From Macrostomum hystrix (lineage: Eukaryota; Animalia; Platyhelminthes): DNA of 64,000 nucleotides. Positions 18,441-28,800 of the stretch are shown here, piece after piece. How positions within the stretch are numbered: position 1 is the stretch's first letter; every line of letters begins with the position of its first letter. The position numbers and the translations under genes are program-made. The notes beneath the pieces were generated by a model. That model saw only the letters and a program-made list of their open reading frames with translations, was not told the DNA's origin and made no database searches. Location: NCBI GenBank assembly GCA_950097015.1, contig CATNEN010000015.1, forward strand, positions 1,116,001 to 1,180,000. Direction: 5' to 3'.

Positions 18441-20818
18441 CTGCGGGGTCGGACAGAAGTCGGAGGCGCTGATGTGAATGGCCAGATTCAGCTGACAATC
18501 GATAAATAGATTTTGCTGTGAAACTGTTTGCGAGACAGCAATAAATAAGTAAAATAGTATATGTATAACTGGCATTTAAAACGAACTTCGAAAAATACTG
18601 CATTGTGCTCGTAGCTAATGCAGTTGCCAGAAAAAAAGCTGTAGCACAGTTTTAACACACTTGTATCACAGTTACATCACAGCTGAATCACAGTTTAATC
18701 ACAGTTACATCACAGGTGTTGCTCTGGAATCTTTTCAAGCCTGAAACGCGAATTCTGGTATCGTTTTATCAGTTTTAGAAAAAACAAGAAAAATACAAAT
18801 ACGAGACTGACACTGATACCTATACTATAGTATCACTTTTGGTGTACTAACACTCATTATACTAGTAGCAAAGCAAGCTCATTTATAATAGCCTCATCAA
18901 AGTTCTATTCAGCTGTCGCATTATCAAATTCCAACAATCTGAGATTCAGAGCTCAACTGGAAAAAACATTAGGAGGGAACTTGTGTTTCAATACAAGCCC
19001 TCTGAGAACGCAAAGATATTTAGAGTCCATTGAAGATGTACCTACTCAGGTCTGAGGAACCACAAGGGCGCTCTCCACAGGTACGTTCAAGGTACCCTTG
19101 CTCCAGAAAGCCCAAGGCTTTAACCCATCTGGAAAACAGTTACTGTTGCCACCAAGATTCCTTTCTCAGCTCTTTCATATCATGCACCACTTTTTCCATT
19201 TGCCTGCATGAGTTTCACAGTTGCAATACTTTAATTTCCGGAAAAAGAAACGGATGAATTCACAAACCGATCCAGAAGTCTGTCTTGTCGCCGAACCCCG
19301 CCTCATACTCAGCCCAGGTGCGTTGGAAACTGACACTCCCGGTGGTCCTCTGCTGGATCTTGACGAAGTTCCTGCCAACCTGCTTCACGCTGAGAAACTT
19401 CGAGTAGCAAGATATTTTTTGCACTACAAAGTTTGGGAGATTACAAATGAACCAAGCCTGCTGAAACTCTGCTCCAGTTTGTCTCATTCTCCACAGAAAC
19501 CGCGGCTCGTCCGACTTGGCAAGGCACAGCTGACTCGTTATTGACGTCACCTGCCATCCTATGTGGCGGAACAAGTTGACTGGCTCGAAAATTATTCCGG
19601 ACCTAAAAAAGGAAAATAAAATTGTTTGTATGTTCATTTATTCTAAGAAATTAGATCTTTACACAAACCTCAGCACATGGCATTGTTTCTCGATTCTGCA
19701 AAACAACTGCAGCTGAGCAGTCTTCCAGTCTGCAGACACCCTCAGCGGACCGATTGAAAAGCGGGAACTCAAGGAAGAGCTCACAATGCTCTGAGCACTC
19801 CACACTTTCATGAAGGTGACCGAGCGTGGAGACAGATCAGCCAGCTGAGACCTCACAGCTTCCAGTGTGGCCTCATCTTCCAGCACTACATCCAGCTTGA
19901 GGTAGTACATGCTACTGCTGTTGTCATACATGACTGACTCGCTGCTCAAGCTGTTGATGTTGTGGCAGAGCAGAGGCTCGATGAGTAAGTGGACCTTGAT
20001 GTCGAGTCTCTGGTGCACTTGAGCAGTGCAGTTCCCGAGGTTGATCGAGCGGATGAACCGCAGCTGACGGCATGCCGGAAGGGAGTATTTCTGTCTCACC
20101 TCTTTCAGATCAAAGAAGGTCTGGTTCTGCAGCATCGGACGGTAGCTGAGCTGATGGCAGGTGTCATTCACACGGGTAGATGCGGTCAGCATCAGATTGT
20201 TTAACACCACCGATGGAGCTGATCGAATTCTTGATCTGCGGAAAACGACGTGAGCTGTGTTCCAAATCCAATCGCACTCTATTATATTCCTAGCTGAGTC
20301 AGATGATTACTGGGAACTTACGCAAACGAGAAAATGTCGTCGACACTCCGACTTTGAAGTCGGATGAACCCCGTAGATTCGTAAGGGCTCCAAATGAAGC
20401 TATCAACTTGCACTGTGACGTTGTTTTCAATGGATGCTTGGATGCTTGAAATGGTCAGGAAGCTCACAGACCTCGGTGACAGGTGCTCCAGCTGGCGCTG
20501 AGCTGCTGCGAGCATTCCAGCATCTCTGAGCAGCACAGGGATACTCAGGTACAGCACGTCAGTGACTGCGTCATACAGTGGACTCAAGCCTTCAAGCCTG
20601 TCCGTCACGCACATGACCGGCTCGACTGCCAAGTGCGGACCGTCGCTCGCTCCCGTGTCGTGCACGAACAGCGCGCAGCCGTTCACATTGAGCTGGGCCA
20701 CGAAGCGGAGCTTCGGTGAGCCTGTGGCTGCGCACTGGGAGACCTGGCCAGCTGCCAGCGAGCAGAGCAGCAGAGCCAGCGCTGCAGTTTCCACAACTTG
20801 CACACTGAAGGATTTCAT
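18025..20818 (-). CDS. Four-exon gene for a predicted secreted 604-aa fibrinogen-related-domain (FReD) protein with two unrecognised N-terminal repeats
   Basis: Exons 20818-20322, 20235-19669, 19602-19268, 18440-18025 total 1,815 nt = 605 codons including the stop. All introns are GT-AG (86, 66, 827 bp) with matching phases (GC|A, AG|G, G|GT). The spliced junction recreates FReD 'FWIG|LSAIHSL'. Confidence 0.85.
19268..19602 (-). CDS. Exon 3: linker plus start of the fibrinogen domain
   Basis: FVKIQQRTTGSVSFQRTWAEYEAGFGDKTDFWIG matches FReD 'IQRRxDGSVxFxRxWxEYxxGFG..FWLG'; acceptor TTTTCCTTTTTTAG, donor GTTTGT. Confidence 0.88.
19669..20235 (-). CDS. Exon 2: second copy of the unrecognised domain (symmetric phase 2-2 exon)
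   Basis: Acceptor GCTCACGTCGTTTTCCGCAG, donor GTTTGT, 567 nt, open frame. Confidence 0.8.
20322..20818 (-). CDS. Exon 1: signal peptide plus first copy of the unrecognised domain
   Basis: MKSFSVQVVETAALALLLCSLAAG hydrophobic leader; ends at a consensus GTAAGT donor. Confidence 0.82.
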
Positions 20819-21270
20819 TGGATTGCACAGAGACTTGGTTTGAAAGCTTTCTGTTTAGAACTTTGCGTTTGCAGTTTGTGCCGAGTGTGAGGCAGTCGGG
20901 ACAGTCCGTGTCTGAACTACTGTTAAATACTCTCTGTTAGGTATGCGGTGATCGCTGCAGCACCTGAAGCGTTCGCAAGGACTTGGCGGATTGGTTTTGT
21001 TTTCTAACCCATGACAAACAATTCCATCAAGTGCTGGAGTACTTTTTCAATCCTTGTGATTGCATTTTGGTAGGCATAGTCAGAATGTAGTAAAAAATCA
21101 TTAACATTCAACTCCACAAGGTAGCAAAGCAAAGGCAAAGCAAATAGAAGGTGAAAGAGACAGAGAAAGCGCGAGCAGCGAGGAGGGGAAGAGGATCCCA
21201 ACTCCGAAAGAGGAGGGAGAAAGGGAAGAAGAGAGGTCAAAAAAGGCACAGAAGGCACAGAAAGGCAGAG

Positions 21271-21372
21271 TCAGCTAGACCGCCAGTCGCCGAGGCAGCG
21301 GATGCCGTCCACGGAGAGGCCGCTCTGGAAGGCAGCGCTGGCTTCTCCTGTGCGCAGAATGGGCGTACAATG
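21271..21372 (-). pseudogene. Tyrosine recombinase C-terminal fragment (DIRS/Ngaro-like)
   Basis: With one frameshift it reads YAHS-RTGEASAAFQSGLSVDGIRCLGDWRSS*, resembling YR box II 'HSxRxGGAxxA...GDWxS'. Confidence 0.6.
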
Positions 21373-21539
21373 AACCGTTTATTGTGAGCGCTTTATATTA
21401 GGTAATATAGAGGCAAACATTTGTTAGACTTATCATTACTTTTCTCGCTTTAAGAAAATAATAAACTATATTTACAGCACAGCTGCAAGAATTATGTTCT
21501 GCACACAGCTTCAAGCGTTGTTCATTTTCATTTTTAACA

Positions 21540-24500
21540 TTTTTTCGAGCATTGCTTCAAGCATTGTTCGATTCAAAACGAAATAAGTACTGTCTGAGCA
21601 TGCGTAGCTGTTAGCGTTTTTTATTTCCAAAACTAAAGAAAGAGTTTCGAGCATTACGGCAATCGTTATTAGATTCAAAACTAGGAGAAAATATTTTATG
21701 ATATATGAAATGAGACATGAGATAGTTTGATTCTACAAGTGGTAGCGTGATTAGTGAAGGGCGTAGCATAAATTATTTACGGGCAAGTTGTCGAGGAAAC
21801 AGCAATTATTTGTAAGGGAAGTATATTTATCGAGGGTTATGTATCATTTGTGGTAAGTTCCTGTTTTATGCTTCCTTTTTATTAAGCTCCTTTCATGTAC
21901 GAGTGCTAATTATACGCTCGTAGAGTAAGAAAATAGAGCTTTTTAAGTGTCTCAGCAAGCGTTGTTCAGCATCAATTATTAATAATTAATAATTAATAAT
22001 TAACAATTATACAGAGGAAGCATGATTTAGCGAGTGAAGAAAGGAATTATCGAGGGCAAAGCATGACTTATCAACAAAATTGTATGATTTGTAGACAGGG
22101 TAGAATCAATATGGAGGTTGGTAGCATTTATTAACGAGCGGAAGTATGAAATAAAGTATGAATTATCAGAAATGTAGAAATAATCAACGGTGTAGCCTGT
22201 TGATTATCGTGGGAAAAGCATAAATTAAGTGGGTGGCATACATTTTTTTCAGCGGAAAGCAAGATTTGTCCAGGGATAGCATGATATAACAAATTGGTAG
22301 CATAAATTATTGAGGGGAAAGCATAGATTATCCAAGAGAAAGCTAGAAATATCGACGATGCCACTTTGACAGCCTTCTCAGCCATTCCATTAGACTGCGC
22401 ATAACCTGGAGACGTTCGCGTGTGTCGGAAACGAAACTCAGCAGCAAACTCATGAAACCGTAATATGGTAGCATGAGAGAGAGAACACTATAGCATGTAC
22501 ACCTAGACTGGTGTACAAACTTGTGCACAAACGCTATACTCATGACAAAAACTGCAGCATTTATATTGTCAAACTGTCACAACTTTGATCATTGTGTTTC
22601 TTTCTTTTCATCTAGCTCCGAAGTACTTTTATTATTTTGCAGAATGCTGTTTGAATTTCAGCATCAGTTTTGTTACTGCTTCTTTTTCTCCTAATCTTTT
22701 ATCATCAACAGTTAAAAAGTAAAGTTCCTAATAATTATTCTTTTATTTATTCGATATATTTGGGTTTCAGTGTAGGTTGTAAGCGTTTGTTTTTTAGCTG
22801 ATGTCAAAGCAAATATTTGTTTGTTTCATAATTACTATTCTCGCTATGATAAAAAAAGAAAAAAAGAGAAAATAATAATTATTTTGGTTGGCATTTTTTG
22901 GTTTGAGTATAAGTTGTAAGCGCTTTTGGTTAAATATTTCAAAGCAAATATTTGTTAGTTTCATAGTTGAAAGAATGAAAAAAAGAAAAAAATAATTATT
23001 TTGGTTGGCATTTTTTGGGTTTGAGTTTAACTTGTAAGCGTTTTTGGTTAATTATTTCAAAGCAAATATTTGTTTGCTTTATAATTACTCTTCTTGCTGT
23101 GAGAAAGGAATGTACGCTTTTCGAGTGCAGCAGCAAGTCTTCTTCGATACTAAGACTATGGAAAGTTTTCTGAGAATACCTGCAAGCGTTATCAGAATCA
23201 GAAGTGGAAGAAAATATGTGGAGCACAGCTAAAAGCGTTATTGATTACATTTTCGAATTTGTTTCGAGCATTGCTTTAAGCGTTGTTCGATTCGAAATGT
23301 AGACTTTTCGAGCATGTGTAGCTTTTAGCGTTTGTTTCAAAACTAACGAAAAAGTGTTTCAAACATTGCTGCAATCGTTACTAGATTCAAAACTAGGAGA
23401 AAGTGTTTTAATCGGAGCAAATAGCATTATTATATTAAAAACAGAGAGTTTTTCGATCAGGGAAGCAATAATTCTTTACATTTTAAAAGCACAATGATTC
23501 GAATGAAACTTAGGAACATAGCGCTAGATATCAATGGATAGCATGCATAAGATATCAAGAAAATGGCATTCAATTCGTAGAAAAAAAATCTTTAGATATC
23601 TAGGGAATATCTAGATATCTTCCAGTGTAATTCAATCCAAAACTAAATGAAGACTGATCCAGCAGGCGTAGCTGTTAGCGTTATTTTACTTTCAGAATTT
23701 CTCAGTTTTTCATATTTAGCATGTAAATTGCACACAATTTGTGGGGAAAGGCACTACGAGTACGAGCCGTAGATATCTAGGTAATGTCTTGACATCTTGA
23801 AGAGATTGTATGAGATTTCCATGTAACAGCATAATACTTTCAGGGTAATTTTTTAAAGACGATAGAATGATTTATTAAAGAGGGTAGCATAATTTATCAA
23901 ACGGTTACATTGATTAACGGGAAGCATTTAAAGAGGATAGAATGATTTTTTCAGGGGAAGCATGAATTATCGACGGTGTAGCAAAAATTACGGTATCGCA
24001 TCCATTTGCGCTGGAAGCTCACAGTCCCAGTGAGTCGCTACTGAATCTTTACAAAGCCTCTGCCGTCACGCCTGACTAGAAGCACTTCAGCTTCAGAGAT
24101 CGGACCGCAGTGAGAAGAGCAGCACAGCTTGAGGCACTGCTTGAGACTTGAGCAGCTGACTGCTCCCACGGATGGCTTCATGGACAAGCAGCTGATGGCA
24201 GCTGTGTGTCTTGATGGACTTTGTTTTTCTAGTCTGTTGACAATTCCGCATTACTTCGTTATTCTTTTTTCCCCAATGCCAACATCGCTGTATTCTGTAT
24301 CACGGACTACTCATTATCTACTAGTGGTTCTTGTTCTGTATCTGCCACCAATTTCGCGGTTATGGAGTCTGGTCGGCTCCGAAGTGAGGACCAGTATTGA
24401 AGGCTTCTTTTTTGAATACTATATAATAGTGGTAGTCTTCCTAATTCGGACCGGGCACCATTGCTGTCAATGTTTGGACTGACTAGCAGAATCGTCTTGC

Positions 24501-25800
24501 AGATTCTAAATTAATTCTCTCTATAAGGTTCCGATCCCAAGTACCCAGTTTCCATAAAAGAATTGCTATTATCGTTATCCTTATTATATTCAAAAGTAAA
24601 CCATTTGAGAATGGCAAAGACCTTATTCTGTTCAAATCCTAACGTTTCTGTTGAGTCTAGCATTAATATTGAAATTAACGCTAACGAATTTTTTCTAGCA
24701 GAGCTGAAATCGTTATCAGGTTAAAAACAAACGAATTTGTTTCGAGGGTACCAAACAGCCTTATTATTTTTTAATTTAGCGTTCTTGAAGCATAGCAGCT
24801 AGCATTATTTGCTCCATATTTTGATACCAGAAGATTTCAACAAATGAAAACATGAAAGTAAAGAATATAGCTCTATAAAATTATTTCAATGGATAGCATC
24901 TGGTATTAGGTAAATAGCATGAGGTTTATGAAGAAAAGCATTATTTTACAGGAGAGGGCATGGGATTTCCAGGGAACAGCATTAATAATAAGTTGTGGAA
25001 GCATAATTTATCCAGTAGGAAGCATTAATTATCAAGAAGTTAACATTAAATAACACTAGAAAAAACAAGATTGTAGCAAATCAGTAGAAAGATTAGGAGA
25101 GTTTGTCGAGAGGAAAGCATTTATTATCGAAAGAAAGGCAAATTTTCGTGAGTAAAAGCGTGATTTATCAAGTGGCTTGCAAAAATCATCGAGGGGTAGC
25201 ACTATTTATCGAAGGGGTTGCATTGTTTATTGTGGGGTAGCACGATATTTTGAGTAATAGTCTATCAGCAGCAGCTAAAGACGTAAGCAAAAGTTGTTTG
25301 TTATTCTTTTTAGTTTTTTGATTTATTAAAGAGGGTAGCATGATTTATCAAACGGTTACATTGATTAACGGGAAGCATGAAATTACGAGGGAAAAGGATG
25401 AATTATCAGGGGAAAGCATAACTTATAGAGAGTACGGCATGAATTTTCGAGGGGGAAGCATGAACTATAAGGGGAAGAATGAATAATAGATAGAAAAGCA
25501 TGACTTATCGAATGGAGCATGAATGGTCGAGTGGGTAGCATAAATTATTGAGGTGGAAGCATCAATTGTCAAGGGGAAGCATGAAATGGCGAGGGAAAAG
25601 TGAATTTTCGAAGGGAAAGCATGACTTTTCGAGGCGACGCATGAAATACCGACTAAATAGCATCAATTTTTTAGCGCTAGCATGGTTTATCAAGTAGTAG
25701 CTAAATTATCGTGAAAATAAAATTATTTTTTTCATAAAAATTAGGCATAGTCCTAATTTTGGGTGTAGCAAAACTTATCGAGGGGAGAGCATGACTTATT
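21540..25800 (+). repeat. AT-rich zone of degenerate 20-21-bp satellite-like monomers and local duplications
   Basis: Recurrent GAGGGRWAGCATRAWTTATC-like motifs; ~150-bp duplicate 21541-21690 / 23260-23405; ~60-bp duplicate 23870-23930 / 25321-25380; 118-137-bp tandem units at 22777-23090. Confidence 0.7.
22311..22463 (-). repeat. Inverted, internally deleted copy of 1498-1777 (integrase fragment plus satellite-like DNA)
   Basis: Reverse complement of 22361-22463 matches 1498-1601 (FHEFAAEFRFRHTRTSPGYAQSNGMAEKAVKV); 22311-22360 matches 1730-1777. Confidence 0.88.
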
Positions 25801-28800
25801 AAAAGGGAAGCATGTATTGTCAAGGGGAAGCATGAATTGTCAATGGGAAGCATGGATTGTCGAGGGAAAGCATGGATTCTCAAGGAGAAGCATGGATTGT
25901 CAAGGGGAAGCATGGATTGTCAAGGGGAAGCATGAATTGCCAAGGGGAAGCATGGATTGTCAAGGGGAAGCATGGATTGTCAAGGGGAAGCATGGATTGT
26001 CAAGGGGCAGCATTAATTGTCAAGGGGAAGCATGGATTGTCAAGGGGAAGCATAGATTGTCAAGGGGAAGCATGGATTGTCAAGGGGAAGCATGAATTGT
26101 CAAGGAGAAGCATGAATTGTCAATGGGAAGCATGGATTGTCGAGGGAAAGCATGGATTCTCAAGGAGAAGCATGGATTGTCAAGGGAAAGCATGGATTGT
26201 CAAGGGGAAGCATGAATTGCCAAGGGGAAGCATGGATTGTCAAGGGGAAGCATGGATTGTCAAGGGGAAGCATGGATTGTCAAGGGGAAGCATGGATTGT
26301 CAAGGGGCAGCATTAATTGTCAAGAGGAAGCATGGATTGTCAAGGGGAAGCATGGATTGTCAAGGGGAAGCATGAATTGTCAAGGAGAAGCATGAATTGT
26401 CAATGGGAAGCATGGATTGTCGAGGGAAAGCATGGATTCTCAAGGAGAAGCATGGATTGTCAAGGGGAAGCATGGATTGTGAAGGGGAAGCATGGATTGA
26501 CAAGGGGAAGCATGGATTGTCAAGGGAAGGCATGGATTGTCAAGGGGAAGCATGGATTGTCAAGGGGAAGCATGGATTGTCAAGGGGAAGCATGGATTGT
26601 CAAGGGAAAGCATTATTTGTCAAGGGGAAGCATGGATTGTCAAGGGGAAGCATGGATTGTCAAGGGAAAGCATTAATTGTCAAGGGGAAGCATGGATTGT
26701 CAAGGGGAAGAATGGATTGTCAAGGAGAAGCATGGATTGTCAAGGGGAAGCATGGATTGTCAAGGGAAAGCATTAATTGTCAAAGGGAAGCATGGATTGT
26801 CAAGGGGAAGCATGGATTGTCAAGGGAAAGCATTAATTGTCAAGGGGAAGCATGGATTGTCAAGGGGAAGCATGGATTGTCAAGGGGAAGCATGGATTGT
26901 GAAGGGAAAGCATGGATTGTCAAGGAGAAGCATGGATTGTCAAGGGGAAGCATGGATTGTCAAGGGGAAGCATGGATTGTCAAGGGGAAGCATGGATTGT
27001 CAAGGGGAAGCATGGATTGTCAAGGGGCAGCATTAATTGTCAAGGGGAAGCATGGATTGTGAAGGGGAAGCATGGATTGTCAAGGGGAAGCATGGATTGT
27101 CAAGGGGCAGCATTAATTGTCAAGGGGAAGCATGGATTGTCAAGGGGAAGCATGGATTGTCAAGGGGAAGCATGGATTGTCAAGGGAAAGCATTAATTGT
27201 CGAGGGGAAGCATGGATTGTCAAGGGGAAGCATGGATTGTCAAGTGGCAGCATTAATTGTCAAGGGGAAGCATGGATTGTCAAGGGAAAGCATGAATTGT
27301 CAAGGGGAAGCATGGATTGTCAAGGGGAAGCATGGATTGTCAAGGGGAAGCATGGATTGTCAAGGGGAAGCATGGATTGTCAAGGGGAAGCATGGATTGT
27401 CAAGGGGAAGCATGGATTGTCAAGGGGAAGCATGGATTGTCAAGGGGAAGCATGGATTGTCAAGGGGCAGCATTAATTGTCAAGGGGAAGCATGGATTGT
27501 GAAGGGGAAGCATGGATTGTCAAGGGGAAGCATGGATTGTCAAGGGAAGGCATGGATTGTCAAGGGGAAGCATGGATTGTCAAGGGGAAGCATGGATTGT
27601 CAAGGGGAAGCATGGATTGTCAAGGGGAAGCATGGATTGTCAAGGGGAAGCATGGTTTGTCAAGGGGAAGCATGGATTGTCAAGGGAAAGCATGAATTGT
27701 CAAGGGGAAGCATTAATTGTCAAGGGGAAGCATGGATTGTCAAGGGGAAGCATGGATTGTCAAGGGGAAGCATGGATTGTCAAGGGAAAGCATTAATTGT
27801 CAAGGGGAAGCATGGATTGTCAAGGGGAAGCATGGATCGTCAAGGGGAAGCATGGATTGTATAGGGGAAGCATGGATTGTCAAGGGGAAGCATGGATTGT
27901 CAAGGGAAAGCATTAATTGTCAAGGGGAAGCATGGATTGTCAAGGGGAAGCATGGATTGTCAAGGGGCAGCATTAATTGTCAAGGGGAAGCATGGATTGT
28001 CAAGGGGAAGCATAGATTGTCAAGGGGAAGCATGGATTGTCAAGGGGAAGCATGAATTGTCAAGGAGAAGCATGAATTGTCAATGGGAAGCATGGATTGT
28101 CGAGGGAAAGCATGGATTCTCAAGGAGAAGCATGGATTGTCAAGGGAAAGCATGGATTGTCAAGGGGAAGCATGAATTGCCAAGGGGAAGCATGGATTGT
28201 CAAGGGGAAGCATGGATTGTCAAGGGGAAGCATGGATTGTCAAGGGGAAGCATGGATTGTCAAGGGGCAGCATTAATTGTCAAGAGGAAGCATGGATTGT
28301 CAAGGGGAAGCATGGATTGTCAAGGGGAAGCATGAATTGTCAAGGAGAAGCATGAATTGTCAATGGGAAGCATGGATTGTCGAGGGAAAGCATGGATTCT
28401 CAAGGAGAAGCATGGATTGTCAAGGGGAAGCATGGATTGTGAAGGGGAAGCATGGATTGACAAGGGGAAGCATGGATTGTCAAGGGAAGGCATGGATTGT
28501 CAAGGGGAAGCATGGATTGTCAAGGGGAAGCATGGATTGTCAAGGGGAAGCATGGATTGTCAAGGGAAAGCATTATTTGTCAAGGGGAAGCATGGATTGT
28601 CAAGGGGAAGCATGGATTGTCAAGGGAAAGCATTAATTGTCAAGGGGAAGCATGGATTGTCAAGGGGAAGAATGGATTGTCAAGGAGAAGCATGGATTGT
28701 CAAGGGGAAGCATGGATTGTCAAGGGAAAGCATTAATTGTCAAAGGGAAGCATGGATTGTCAAGGGGAAGCATGGATTGTCAAGGGAAAGCATTAATTGT

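Noticed and set aside
18441-18603. N-terminal 54 codons of ORF 18025-18603 as a stand-alone FReD protein start
   Set aside because: The FReD motif is split, and its first half is in 19268-19370. A phase-matched acceptor at 18441/18440 explains the ORF, so the upstream part is intronic.
24030-24210. Possible decayed non-LTR C-terminal coding fragment (..WLHGQ..)
   Set aside because: Only one short motif, several stops and no supporting domains.
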